Below, one piece after another: positions 1 through 9,790 of a DNA stretch of 64,000 nt. A model generated the notes under the pieces. That model searched no databases. It was given only the letters and a program-made list of their open reading frames with translations, and was not told where the DNA came from. Source of the stretch: Oscillospiraceae bacterium (GTDB taxonomy: Bacteria; Bacillota; Clostridia; Oscillospirales; Ruminococcaceae); assembly GCA_017460835.1 (NCBI GenBank), contig JAFUAD010000039.1, positions 3,655 through 67,654 of the forward strand. Direction: 5' to 3'. Position 1 is the first letter of the stretch. The number at the start of each line of letters is the position of its first letter. A program made the translations under genes and the position numbers.

Positions 1-201
1 CCGCTGTATTGCTTCGGGAAATATTACAGGGCAGCGGTTCTGCCGGAATATGAAGCAACGCTGGAAAGAATCCCGGAGGAAACGCTGAAAAGGAAGCGGG
101 AGATCTGCCGCTGCTATGCATCGCAGGCGGATGTGATCAAAAAACTCGGGCATATGCTGCCCTATGAAAACTGGACATTATACCGGACAAATTCGCAATG
201 A
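1..201 (+). CDS. 3' end of an upstream ORF (partial, function unknown)
   Basis: Frame 1 is open from base 1 to TGA at 199-201 (...EETLKRKREICRCYASQADVIKKLGHMLPYENWTLYRTNSQ*). No recognisable motif. Confidence 0.35.
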   Translation, partial: PLYCFGKYYRAAVLPEYEATLERIPEETLKRKREICRCYASQADVIKKLGHMLPYENWTLYRTNSQ

Positions 202-220
202 AAACCGGAGAGGCAAAGCA

Positions 221-2965
221 ATGAAGCTGAAAAACCGATACAAGGATCTGACTGCGCTCGGCATCATCTTTCTTCTGTGCGCTGCGGTGATCGTATCCTG
301 CGTGAAAAAGGGCAGTGTTTACGGCTCGCAGATTGACTGGGCATCTCAGCACTACCTGATTCCGGAGTATTTCCGGACGCTGTTTTATCATACGCACAAG
401 CTGTTCCCGTCCTATGCTGCCAACCTCGGCGCGGGGGAGAATATCTATGTGCTGTCCTATTACGGGCTGTATTCGCCGATTATCGTGTTCTCTTATCTGT
501 TCCCGTTCATTCCGATGGGCGTATACATGACCGCCGCCGGCATTGCGATCGCCTTTGGCTCGTCGAGCATCTTTTATTTTTTCCTGCGCAAGCGGTATCA
601 GATCTGCGCTGCGGCCTTTGCGGCTGCCTCCTATGCCTTTTCGGCCCCGCTGCTCCTGCATACGCACCGGCATATCATGTTCATGTGCTATATGCCCTTT
701 CTGCTGCTTTCGATGCATTTTACCGACCGCTATTTTCAGACCGGCAAGCGGTATCCGCTGGTGCTGTGTGCCTTTCTGATGATCATGTGCAACTTCTTTT
801 TTGCAGTTTCCGCGATGCTCTCGCTCGCGGCATACGGGCTCTATGCGGTGCTGGAGCGGCGCCCGGGCAGCGTCAGGGCATGTATCCGGCGGTATGTCCC
901 GTTCCTGCTGCTGCTGGCGGTCAGTGTGATGATGGCGTGTGTGCTGCTGCTGCCGACGGGCTATACGCTGCTCTCGGGCAGAGATGAGGCGAACACGGTG
1001 ATCTCCCTGCGGCAGTTTTTGCCGACCATTCGGCTCGACTGGCTGACCTATTACGGCTACTCGATGGGCTCGTCGGTACTCGGCGTTTTTTCCGCAATTT
1101 ACTTTGCGGTCAACGGCAGGCGCGGCAAGCGGTTTATCGCGATCCTGATCCTGCTGTTTGCGGTGTTCCCGTTCTTTCTGTTTCTGATGAACGGGACGCT
1201 GTATATTGATGCGAAGGTGCTGTTTGCATTTCTGCCGCTCACGCTGATCCTGACAGCGGAGCTCGTGAAACGGATTTTCAGCGGCCGGAAAATGCACTAT
1301 AAGCTGCCCGCCGCGATTCTCGCAGGCAGTGTGCTGCTCTCGATCTTTACCAGCAGGTTCGGTATTCCGATGTGGTGCTTATACGCAGATACGGCGGTTA
1401 CGGCGCTGGTTCTGGTGATTCTGTTGAAACGGAAAAATCCGAGGCTCATCTATCTCTGCCTGCTGATGCCCTTTGTGGTCTGCTGTGTCAGAAACCGGAT
1501 GGACGAGAGGGAGTCATCTGCAAACTACAACACCGTCAATTCTCCGACAGTCAGGGCGCTGACCGCGGATGCCGCGGCGGGAAAAATGGTGCGGACGGCG
1601 ATCGACACGGTCCGGCTTGATACCGTGAACAAGATCTATACAGCCTCACATTATTCCGATACGATTTACTCCTCGGTGCATTCAAAGGATTATAACAGTT
1701 TTTATCTGAATGAGATGTATAACGAAAATCAGTTCCGCAATTCCGCGCTCACCACGCGCTCTCGCAGTCTGATCTTCAACACCTATATGGGCAACCGGTA
1801 TTATATTTCCAATGCGCCGGTTGACTTTTATCTGCATGAGCTGAGGCAGCAGACCGATGACGGCTATTATCTCTATGAGAATCCGTATGCGTTCCCGATG
1901 CTGTACTGCTCCGACCGCGTCATGAGCAGGCGGCAGTATGAAACGCTCGAATATCCGTATAATATCGAGGCACTGCTCCGGTACCGCATCATCGAGCAGG
2001 ATATCCCCGATGCGGAGTTCGTGCCGCATGCCGAGCGTGCAGCGCGTTCGGAGCTCGACGGGCTGTTCGCAATTTCGCCGTATCTCTCTGAAAGCGAGCG
2101 GCAGCTTGCGCACTTCTCTGAGGACCATTACAGCTTTTTCCTCGAAAACGGCAGTCTGACCTATTCCTGTCCGCTCCCGGAAGCGTTCAGGGGCAAGATC
2201 GTCCTGCTGCGGCTGTATGCCGATAATCCGAAGCAGGGGACTTCGATCGGCTGGGAGACCGCCGGCGATATCCGCATCAAAATCAACGGGCAGAAGAATA
2301 CATTGACCGACCCGGACTGGAAATACTATAACCACAACCATTATTTCGAGTTTGTGATTTCCGATCACAGCGACCGCCTTGAGATCGAGCTGCTCGGCTC
2401 TCATTTTGAGCTTTCCGGGCTCGAAGCATACACGCTCGACCCGCAGGAGCTCTGCGAGGCTTCGGAGGCGCTCACGCCGTTTGTGCCCGATCTGAGGGAA
2501 ACCGGCGCGGATGTGATCGCGGGAAGCATCAATGCGGAGCACGACGGCTATTTTGCGACAAGTCTTGTCTATCATGAGGGCTTTACAGTCTATGTTGACG
2601 GCACGGAGGTGCAGCCGGAGCGGGTCAATCTCGCATTTCTGGGATTTCCGCTCAGGGAAGGAACCCATACTGTCCGGATTGAATTCCGCGCGCCGTTTCT
2701 GCGCTGTGGACTCATCATCAGCGGCGCCGGAGCGATTCTGTTCATGATCCTTGTGATTCTGGATATCCGGGCTGCGAAACGCAAAAAAAGGGGGAGAAAT
2801 CCGCATGTGGACACAGGAACGGATCCACGCACTCACCGAAAGGCAGCGCCGCTTCTTCAAAAGCGGAAAAACGCTTCCGGTCGAGTTCCGGCTGCGGCAG
2901 CTTGCAAGGCTGCGTCAGGCAGTACAGAAGCACAGGGACGCGCTGACGCAGGCGCTCTGCGATGA
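221..2965 (+). CDS. YfhO-family polytopic membrane protein (putative cell-envelope glycosyltransferase), 914 aa
   Basis: Track ORF 164-2965. Start moved to ATG 221 (MKLKNRYKDL) just before the first hydrophobic helix. Many hydrophobic segments lie in the N-terminal two thirds, followed by a large soluble C-terminal part and a terminal TM helix. QIDWASQHY / YYGLYSPII / LFPFIP resemble YfhO-family proteins. The basic low-complexity tail overlaps the next gene. Confidence 0.7.
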   Translation: MKLKNRYKDLTALGIIFLLCAAVIVSCVKKGSVYGSQIDWASQHYLIPEYFRTLFYHTHKLFPSYAANLGAGENIYVLSYYGLYSPIIVFSYLFPFIPMGVYMTAAGIAIAFGSSSIFYFFLRKRYQICAAAFAAASYAFSAPLLLHTHRHIMFMCYMPFLLLSMHFTDRYFQTGKRYPLVLCAFLMIMCNFFFAVSAMLSLAAYGLYAVLERRPGSVRACIRRYVPFLLLLAVSVMMACVLLLPTGYTLLSGRDEANTVISLRQFLPTIRLDWLTYYGYSMGSSVLGVFSAIYFAVNGRRGKRFIAILILLFAVFPFFLFLMNGTLYIDAKVLFAFLPLTLILTAELVKRIFSGRKMHYKLPAAILAGSVLLSIFTSRFGIPMWCLYADTAVTALVLVILLKRKNPRLIYLCLLMPFVVCCVRNRMDERESSANYNTVNSPTVRALTADAAAGKMVRTAIDTVRLDTVNKIYTASHYSDTIYSSVHSKDYNSFYLNEMYNENQFRNSALTTRSRSLIFNTYMGNRYYISNAPVDFYLHELRQQTDDGYYLYENPYAFPMLYCSDRVMSRRQYETLEYPYNIEALLRYRIIEQDIPDAEFVPHAERAARSELDGLFAISPYLSESERQLAHFSEDHYSFFLENGSLTYSCPLPEAFRGKIVLLRLYADNPKQGTSIGWETAGDIRIKINGQKNTLTDPDWKYYNHNHYFEFVISDHSDRLEIELLGSHFELSGLEAYTLDPQELCEASEALTPFVPDLRETGADVIAGSINAEHDGYFATSLVYHEGFTVYVDGTEVQPERVNLAFLGFPLREGTHTVRIEFRAPFLRCGLIISGAGAILFMILVILDIRAAKRKKRGRNPHVDTGTDPRTHRKAAPLLQKRKNASGRVPAAAACKAASGSTEAQGRADAGALR

Positions 2966-4217
2966 CCTCGGCCGCAGCAGGGCAGAGGCTTATCTCTGCG
3001 ATGTCGGCGTGACGCTGACCGAGATCACCGAAACGATGAAGGGGCTGAGAAAATGGGCAAAGCCCGAGCGCCGCTTCAGCGGGATTCAGTGCTTTCCAAG
3101 CATCACGACCAAAATCTACAAAATGCCATACGGCGTTTCGCTGATTATCAGCCCGTTCAATTTCCCGGTGCTGCTGACGCTCGGCGTGCTGACCGCGAGC
3201 ATTGCAGGCGGAAACACCGCGGTCATCAAGACCAGCTCGAAGTCCGTTCACTGTACGGAAGCGCTGAAAAAGCTGATCTCCGAAACCTTCCCGGAGCAGT
3301 ATATTGCACTGGTTGACGGCGGGCACGATATCGCCGACCTCTGCCTCGCCGAGCGCTTTGACAAGATCTTCTACACCGGCTCCCCGAGGGTCGGGGTGCA
3401 TGTCATGGAAGCGGCGGCGAAGAATCTGACGCCGGTCGCGCTGGAGCTCGGCGGCGAGACCGGAAACTGGTGCGTTGTAAGGAAGGATGCGGATATTAAG
3501 GATGCTGCGCGGAAAATCGCATTCTTCAAGCTCTGCAACAGCGGGCAGATCTGCATTAACATCAACCAGATTGCCGTTGCGGAGGAGATCGCGGAGCCGT
3601 TTCTTGCGGCATTGAAGCAGGCGTTCATCCGGCAGATCGGGGATGATCCGGTGCAGAATCCGGAATACCCGCGCCTGATTTCGGAGCAGGCCTACCGGAA
3701 ATGTGCGGATGAGGCGGAGCTGTACCGCGACCGGATCATCTTCGGCGGAAACGGAGACCCGGAGCGCTGCAAATATGCCCCGACGATCATCTATCCGGTG
3801 AAGGCCGATGAACCGATCGTGCAGCATGAGCTGTTTTCGCCGCTGCTGCCGGTCGTGCCGTACCGCGATACGGAGATCGGCAGCCTCATGAAGCTGATTG
3901 CATCCAGAGAGCACGGCCTTGCGCTGTATCTCTTTACCCGCGACCGGAAATGGGCGGAGAAAACCATGTCCTCGCAGCAGTTCGGCGGCGGCTGTGTCAA
4001 TGAGGTCTGCATGCACATGATGGTTCCGGGTGCGCCGTTCGGCGGGACCGGACACTCCGGCATGGGCGCCTACCACGGCGAGTGGGGCTTCCGCGAATTT
4101 ACGCATCCTACGACCGTTCTGTACGGCAGCAGATTCTGCAATCTGCCGCTGAGAGAGCATCCGTATACCGGAAAGGGCGCATGGAAGGAGAAGCTGCTAC
4201 GCCTGATGGAGCGGTAA
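2805..4217 (+). CDS. NAD(P)-dependent aldehyde dehydrogenase (class-3-like), 470 aa
   Basis: ALDH hallmarks are present: ELGGETG (catalytic Glu region), CNSGQIC (catalytic Cys) and PFGGTGHSGMGAYHG. The N-terminus ERQRRFFKSGKTLPVEFRLRQL is typical of ALDH3-type enzymes. A purine-rich RBS (AGGGGGAG) lies upstream of ATG 2805. Confidence 0.9.
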   Translation: MWTQERIHALTERQRRFFKSGKTLPVEFRLRQLARLRQAVQKHRDALTQALCDDLGRSRAEAYLCDVGVTLTEITETMKGLRKWAKPERRFSGIQCFPSITTKIYKMPYGVSLIISPFNFPVLLTLGVLTASIAGGNTAVIKTSSKSVHCTEALKKLISETFPEQYIALVDGGHDIADLCLAERFDKIFYTGSPRVGVHVMEAAAKNLTPVALELGGETGNWCVVRKDADIKDAARKIAFFKLCNSGQICININQIAVAEEIAEPFLAALKQAFIRQIGDDPVQNPEYPRLISEQAYRKCADEAELYRDRIIFGGNGDPERCKYAPTIIYPVKADEPIVQHELFSPLLPVVPYRDTEIGSLMKLIASREHGLALYLFTRDRKWAEKTMSSQQFGGGCVNEVCMHMMVPGAPFGGTGHSGMGAYHGEWGFREFTHPTTVLYGSRFCNLPLREHPYTGKGAWKEKLLRLMER

Positions 4218-4229
4218 TATCCTGAAAAT

Positions 4230-4262
4230 CAGGGGAGAAACGGCGGTTCTTCCCTGTTTTTG
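4230..4262 (+). terminator. Rho-independent terminator after the aldehyde dehydrogenase gene
   Basis: CAGGGGAGAA-n7-TTCTTCCCTG stem (one G-U pair) followed by TTTTT. Confidence 0.6.
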
Positions 4263-4331
4263 CTGTTTTGTCCATCCGCTTCGGCAATGTTTGCGTATCT
4301 TTGGGAAGATTCGATAAATCGCATGGAACGG

Positions 4332-4360
4332 TTGCTTTTTTCGACATAATATGCTATAAT
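4332..4360 (+). promoter_or_regulatory. Sigma-A-type promoter upstream of the MBOAT/DHHW pair
   Basis: TTGCTT - 17 nt - TATAAT, with TGc immediately upstream of the -10 (extended -10). Confidence 0.5.
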
Positions 4361-4456
4361 AATGGCTGAGATCAGATCGTATGCAAAAAGCGGCAGCAAG
4401 CATGCCGCGCTTTTTGACATGCTTTGGATAGATTTTGGAAACAGGTGTTGAATCAG

Positions 4457-5896
4457 ATGGTTTTTGCGGACTTGTTCTTTATATACTTTTTTATGCCGCT
4501 GTGCTTGTTGTTTTATTTCTTTGCCGGCAGCATTAAGGCGAGAAATGCAGTTCTGCTGGCCTTCTCGCTGATTTTTTATGCATGGGGCGAGCCGGTCTGG
4601 GTGCTGATGCTCATTGCGTATTCCTATCTGAACTATAAAACCGGAATGCTGATCGGCAGGGCGCGGAAGAAGCATGCGCCGCGCGCGGCACACAGGGCGC
4701 TGATGCTTGCCGTGATTGTCGATATCGGCGTGCTGGGCATTTTCAAATACAGCGGATTTTTCGTCGAGAATCTCAATGCACTGTTCGGCAGTTCGATACC
4801 GGTGCCGAACATCCGGCTGCCGATCGGCATTTCCTTCTATACCTTCCAGACGCTTTCCTATTCGATCGACTGCTACCGCGGCAAGGTAAAGGTGCAGCGG
4901 AGCTTCGGCAAATTTCTGCTCTATGTTTCGATGTTCCCGCAGCTCGTTGCGGGGCCGATCGTGCGGTATTCGACCATTGCAGCGGAAATTGACAGGAGAA
5001 AAACAAAGCTGAAGGATGTTTCCGAGGGCTTTACGCGCATCATTTACGGCATCGGCAAAAAGGTCATCCTCGCGAACAGCCTGAGCAAGGTCGTAAACGG
5101 ATGCTTTGGCTCCCGTGAGGGCGGCTATGCTGCCGTCGGGACGGTCTCGGCGCTCGGCGCATTCTTCGGCGCGGCGGCGGTTGCGCTGTGGTATTATTTC
5201 GATTTCTCCGGCTATTCCGACATCGCGATCGGGCTCGGCAGAATCTTCGGATTCCATTTTGACGAAAACTTCAAGCATCCGTATCTCTGCGATTCGATCA
5301 CGGATTTCTGGAGAAGATGGCATATTTCGCTGTCCTCGTGGTTCCGCGATTATGTCTACATCCCGCTCGGCGGCAACCGGAGAGGGCTCCCCAGACAGTG
5401 CCTCAATATCATGATTGTCTGGGCGCTGACCGGCTTCTGGCACGGCGCAAGCTGGAATTTCATGCTCTGGGGCATTTATTTCGGTGTGCTGCTGCTGATC
5501 GAAAAGCTGTTTCTGCTGGAACAGCTCAAAAAGCTGCCGAAGGCCGTCAGGCATCTCTATGCGCTGTTCATGGTGACGATCGGCTGGGGCATTTTCCATT
5601 TTGACGATCTCGGTGCGCTGCGGCTCTTTTTCCGTGCGCTTGTCTGCGCAAACGGCAACCCGTTCAGCTCGGTGATTACCAGAAGCATCCTGTTCTCGAA
5701 TCTGTTTCTGCTGATCGCGGCGGTGCTGCTCTCGCTCCCGCTGCGGAATCAGATCCGCCGGTTTGCGATGCGGTCGCAGAATACCTATCTTGTGTGCAAG
5801 TGCCTCAGCATTGTGTTCAATGTCTGGGTTTTGATCGTCAGCTCGATGATGCTGCTGAATAATACGAATAATCCGTTCCTGTATTTCAGGTTTTAA
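4457..5896 (+). CDS. MBOAT-family membrane O-acyltransferase (AlgI/DltB-like), 479 aa
   Basis: Polytopic membrane protein with the MBOAT signature FWRRWHISLSSWFRDYVYIPLGG (conserved His). Start chosen at ATG 4457 (MVFADLFFIYFF). Confidence 0.9.
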   Translation: MVFADLFFIYFFMPLCLLFYFFAGSIKARNAVLLAFSLIFYAWGEPVWVLMLIAYSYLNYKTGMLIGRARKKHAPRAAHRALMLAVIVDIGVLGIFKYSGFFVENLNALFGSSIPVPNIRLPIGISFYTFQTLSYSIDCYRGKVKVQRSFGKFLLYVSMFPQLVAGPIVRYSTIAAEIDRRKTKLKDVSEGFTRIIYGIGKKVILANSLSKVVNGCFGSREGGYAAVGTVSALGAFFGAAAVALWYYFDFSGYSDIAIGLGRIFGFHFDENFKHPYLCDSITDFWRRWHISLSSWFRDYVYIPLGGNRRGLPRQCLNIMIVWALTGFWHGASWNFMLWGIYFGVLLLIEKLFLLEQLKKLPKAVRHLYALFMVTIGWGIFHFDDLGALRLFFRALVCANGNPFSSVITRSILFSNLFLLIAAVLLSLPLRNQIRRFAMRSQNTYLVCKCLSIVFNVWVLIVSSMMLLNNTNNPFLYFRF

Positions 5897-5920
5897 CGGT
5901 TACGGTCAGGAGATCGACAT

Positions 5921-7612
5921 ATGTCAGTAGAAAAAAAGGATAACAGCCGGAAGCCTGCTCCCAGGAAGGCTTTTGCCTCGGAGCTTCAGGAGTGCCTTGA
6001 CATTCTGGAGCAGCACCACGAGGAGATCGGGGAGCCGGAGCAGCGTCCGGCAGCAAAGGCAGAACCCCGGCTCAAGCGCAGTGTGCCGCAGACGCAGCAG
6101 AGCCCAGTGCGAAGGGCTGCTGCCGGTACAGGTACACGGCAGGCAAAGCCGTCTGTGCGCATTCAGTCGAAGCACGGCCGGAAGGATCAGAGATACCGGC
6201 GGATCGGCGCAGCCTTCCAGCGAATCAATGTTGTGGTATGCACGCTGCTGTTTTTCGGCATCGGGCTGTATCTGGTGATTGCCAAGCGCACCAGCGGCTT
6301 TGTCGATTCCGAAAACCGGAACCGGGCAGAGTTCCCGTCCTTTACGCTGAGCAGCTATTTCAGCGGGAAATATGCGGACGGCATTGTGGATTATTACACC
6401 GATACGATTCCCGGGCGCGAGCGGATGCGGAGCTCCGTCAGCCGGTTCACCTCGCATTTCGGCTTCCGGACGAACGATGTGGAGGTCTACGGCAACACCG
6501 TTCAGGGCGAAAAGGAGACGATTAGCGAGGAGGAAAAGGCGGTAACCAGCAAGGTGACGGTCTACACCGGCACGCAGCCGACGACCACCACCACGACAAC
6601 GTCTGTTTCCTCTGATGCATCGGGTGATACCACGGCTCCTGCCTCGGAAACAACGGAAATGACCACCACAACCACCGCGCCGATCACAACAAAGGCGCGC
6701 ACCGTGATGCAGGACGAGGGCGAGATTCTCAATAATGTGATCGTCTCGGGAAGAGGCACGCCGAATGTCCGTGCCATGTCGATGTTCGGCGGGAAATTTG
6801 AGACCGGAAAGCGCTATGCCGAGGTGCTGAACGCCTACAAGGAAATGGTCGGCCCGACGGTCAATGTCTACAACCTGAGCGCGCCGCTTGCCTCTGCATA
6901 TTACATGCCGAAGAATATGGAAAATCAGTTCTCCGATCAGCATGACTGCATCGAAAACATCGGGCTTTCGCTGCGCGATGTCATCAATGTTGATGTGTTT
7001 GACACCTTGCAGGCGCACAAGGACGAGTACATCTATTTCCGCACCGATCACCACTGGACCACACTCGGCGCTTATTATGCGGCACAGAAATTTGCCGAGG
7101 AGGCAGCCGTGCCCTTTGCCGATCTTTCAACCTTTGAACAGCACCAGACCGACAATTTCTGCGGCACGATGTACGGCTACACGAATTATCTTGAGGATCT
7201 GAAGCAGTATCCCGATACCTATTACTACTACAAGCCGACCAATCAGTACACGATCCGGTATTACGACGATGCGTTCCGGAATCCGAAGGACGGCTCCCTG
7301 TTCTATGACTGGGCGCACGGCGTCAATACCTATTCGACGATTCTCGGCGGCGATGTCAATATCGCGGAGATCGAGACCGACGTCCAGAACGGCAGAACGC
7401 TCGTGCTAATCAAAAACAGCTACGGCAATGCGATGGTGCCATATTTCGTCGGCAGCTTCCAGAAGATCTATGTTGTGGATTTCCGGTATGTCAAGATCGG
7501 GATGCAGGATTTCTTCCAGCGGGTCGGCGCAACGGATGTGCTGTTCGGCGTTGCGATTTCAAGCTGCTATACGAAGCAGCATATCAATGCGATCGAGGAG
7601 ATCATGCGCTGA
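5921..7612 (+). CDS. DHHW-family protein (extracytoplasmic partner of MBOAT acyltransferases), 563 aa
   Basis: Literal DHHW motif (FRTDHHWTTLGAYYAA). Has an N-terminal membrane anchor (VVVCTLLFFGIGLYLVIA) and a Thr-rich linker. CAGGAG RBS lies before ATG 5921. It sits immediately downstream of the MBOAT gene. Confidence 0.85.
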   Translation: MSVEKKDNSRKPAPRKAFASELQECLDILEQHHEEIGEPEQRPAAKAEPRLKRSVPQTQQSPVRRAAAGTGTRQAKPSVRIQSKHGRKDQRYRRIGAAFQRINVVVCTLLFFGIGLYLVIAKRTSGFVDSENRNRAEFPSFTLSSYFSGKYADGIVDYYTDTIPGRERMRSSVSRFTSHFGFRTNDVEVYGNTVQGEKETISEEEKAVTSKVTVYTGTQPTTTTTTTSVSSDASGDTTAPASETTEMTTTTTAPITTKARTVMQDEGEILNNVIVSGRGTPNVRAMSMFGGKFETGKRYAEVLNAYKEMVGPTVNVYNLSAPLASAYYMPKNMENQFSDQHDCIENIGLSLRDVINVDVFDTLQAHKDEYIYFRTDHHWTTLGAYYAAQKFAEEAAVPFADLSTFEQHQTDNFCGTMYGYTNYLEDLKQYPDTYYYYKPTNQYTIRYYDDAFRNPKDGSLFYDWAHGVNTYSTILGGDVNIAEIETDVQNGRTLVLIKNSYGNAMVPYFVGSFQKIYVVDFRYVKIGMQDFFQRVGATDVLFGVAISSCYTKQHINAIEEIMR

Positions 7613-7692
7613 GAGAAACAGAACCGCATATCCCGTCCGCTGCGGCGCGGGGGATATGCGGCTCATTCTGTGATGCGGCAGGGCAATCGGGC

Positions 7693-7741
7693 AAAAAAAA
7701 TACGTATCATTCTTCGCAGCAATTCTGCGAAGAACGATACG
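7693..7741 (-). terminator. Rho-independent terminator (minus strand) downstream of the HPr-like gene
   Basis: 17-bp stem CGTATCgTTCTTCGCAG/CTGCGAAGAAtGATACG (one mismatch) with a 5-nt loop. On the minus strand it is followed by T8. Confidence 0.7.
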
Positions 7742-7852
7742 CCAGAGCTTGTTTGCCCCCCTCAGCCGAAACATCGGGGAGCAACATGAAAAAAGGGGGA
7801 TTCTGGGAGCGGCATATGCCTCCCAAAAGGAAGTTGTCAGTCAGAATTCCGG

Positions 7853-8101
7853 TCAGTGAACCGGCTTATAGAGAAAACGATTGAGACCTGCCGAGAGCTT
7901 GCTCAGCGCGGCTTCGTTTGTGGTCTGAAGCTCAAGCTGAATCGGCTGCTCGCGGTCGAGCGTGAAAATGCCCATGATGGATTTTGCATCCACGGAATAG
8001 TTGCCGACATGGAGCTGTGCTTCATAGGGAAACTGCGACATGATGTTGACGAATTCCGCAACATCCGAAATTTCCGGCAGATAAATGGACATAACAGCCA
8101 T
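7853..8101 (-). CDS. HPr-fold family small protein lacking the canonical His-15 motif, 82 aa
   Basis: VDAKSIMGIFTLD and the overall size resemble the HPr-family phosphocarrier-like proteins of Clostridia. No GLHARPA-type His-15 site is present. Confidence 0.55.
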   Translation of the reverse strand: MAVMSIYLPEISDVAEFVNIMSQFPYEAQLHVGNYSVDAKSIMGIFTLDREQPIQLELQTTNEAALSKLSAGLNRFLYKPVH

Positions 8102-8263
8102 CGTAATTACCTCACTTCAAAAATCCAAAAAACGGGCGGTGGACGGGGACGCTGCGCTGAGCGCTTGTGACGAGAGGGGGAAGCACAAGGCTTTGATCAC
8201 GCGAGGCTCCCGCACACACCTGAAAAAGTTTTTGGAGGGTTGTCATGAACTTACCCTGCGATA

Positions 8264-8292
8264 AATATAGCACTGTTCAGGCGATTTGTCAA
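8264..8292 (-). promoter_or_regulatory. Sigma-A-type promoter (minus strand) for the HPr-like gene
   Basis: Reverse complement reads TTGACA - 17 nt - TATATT with a TGc extended -10. This predicts a leader of roughly 155 nt. Confidence 0.5.
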
Positions 8293-8427
8293 GCAATATC
8301 GCTCCATTTTGTATACCTGAACGGTTTTTTCAACACTTTCCGCGTTTCTTTTTTACACAGATGATAAATTGTAGCCCATGCACAATCGCGAGATGTTGAA
8401 TTTGTGCACTATTCACAGGAGGAACCG

Positions 8428-9735
8428 ATGAAATTTCAGATCATGACCCTCGGCTGCAAGGTGAACCAGACCGAGAGCTCCGGGCTGGCGGAGGCGCTCA
8501 GGAAGCAGGGGCTTTCCGATGCCGGTTCCGCGGAGGCTGCCGATCTTGTCATCGTCAATAGCTGCGCCGTCACGGCGGAGAGCGTCCGCAAGACCAAGCA
8601 GATGCTCCGCAGCATCCGGCGGCGGAATCCCGCTGTCAGGCTGGTGCTGACCGGCTGCTGGCCGCAGGCGTTTCCGGAGGACGATTTTGCCGACGCCGAT
8701 TTCGTGACCGGCACGAAGAACCGCGATGCGGTGCTGGAATGGGTCGCGGGGCAGATGCCCGAAAACGGCGATCATGCGCAGATTCTGCCCTATCAGAGCG
8801 GGGACGGGTTCTCCGTTCTGCCCTGCGCCGATACGACCAGAACCAGAGCATTCCTGAAAATTCAGGACGGCTGCAACCAGTTTTGCAGCTATTGCATCAT
8901 CCCTTACGCGCGCGGCAGATGCCGCTCCATGCCGCCGGAGCGTCTGGAGCAGGAGGTTCGGGCGCTGGCGGAGCAGGGCTTCCGCGAGATCGTGCTGACC
9001 GGAATCAATCTGGGCTTTTTCGGTACGGATACCGGCCAGAGCCTTGCGGATGCGGTGCGGGTCTGCGCAGAGCAGCCGGGCTTCTGCCGGGTGCGGCTGG
9101 GGTCGCTGGAGCCTGAGCGGATGGACACCGGGACGCTCGAACAGCTCGCTGCCTGCGAAAAGTTCTGTCCGCAGTTTCATCTTTCCCTGCAAAGCGGCAG
9201 CGATGCCGTTCTAAAGCGCATGAACCGCCGCTATACCGCCGCGGAGTACCGTGCGCTCGCCTTGCAGATTCACCGGCTGTTTCCGGAGGCGGCGCTGACG
9301 ACCGATGTGATCGTCGGATTCCCCGGCGAAACGGACGGGGAATTTCAGGAAACGCTCGATTTTGTGCGGGAAATCGGCTTTGCGAAGGTGCATGTGTTCC
9401 CGTATTCCGTGCGGGAGGGCACCAGAGCCGCCGGCTTCCCGGATCAGATTCCGCAGCCGGTCAAGGCCGCGCGCGCGGCAACGCTCAAGGCCTGTGCGGA
9501 CGAAATCCGCAGGGCGCATCTGTCAAAGCTCGTCGGAAAGACCGTTTCGGTGCTGGTCGAGGGCGAAAAAGAGCAAAATGCACAGCGATATTCACAAGGA
9601 CACACGCCGGATGGTACACTTGTGAAAATTTTTCCGGAAAATTCCGAAAAGGGTTTGCAGAATTCCCTGATTTGTGTTACAATAGTAGAGTATGAGGATG
9701 ACTGTGTCATCGGGCGGGTGCTTTCCGCCGAATGA
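8428..9735 (+). CDS. mtaB: tRNA t6A37 methylthiotransferase MtaB (radical SAM MTTase), 435 aa
   Basis: N-terminal MTTase domain (TLGCKVNQTES), radical-SAM CNQFCSYC motif and a C-terminal TRAM-like segment. AGGAGG RBS lies before ATG 8428. Confidence 0.8.
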   Translation: MKFQIMTLGCKVNQTESSGLAEALRKQGLSDAGSAEAADLVIVNSCAVTAESVRKTKQMLRSIRRRNPAVRLVLTGCWPQAFPEDDFADADFVTGTKNRDAVLEWVAGQMPENGDHAQILPYQSGDGFSVLPCADTTRTRAFLKIQDGCNQFCSYCIIPYARGRCRSMPPERLEQEVRALAEQGFREIVLTGINLGFFGTDTGQSLADAVRVCAEQPGFCRVRLGSLEPERMDTGTLEQLAACEKFCPQFHLSLQSGSDAVLKRMNRRYTAAEYRALALQIHRLFPEAALTTDVIVGFPGETDGEFQETLDFVREIGFAKVHVFPYSVREGTRAAGFPDQIPQPVKAARAATLKACADEIRRAHLSKLVGKTVSVLVEGEKEQNAQRYSQGHTPDGTLVKIFPENSEKGLQNSLICVTIVEYEDDCVIGRVLSAE

Positions 9736-9790
9736 CGCACATCCGCTGAATGCGATACTGTATTATATGATAATGGAGGCTGATTCGTTC

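Noticed and set aside
137-5599. Long minus-strand ORFs (137-1297, 1682-2860, 2742-4160, 4229-5599) antisense to the YfhO, ALDH and MBOAT genes
   Set aside because: They are Arg/His/Gln-rich, carry no family motifs and have no RBS. They lie fully inside well-supported + strand genes in GC-rich DNA, so they are typical shadow ORFs.
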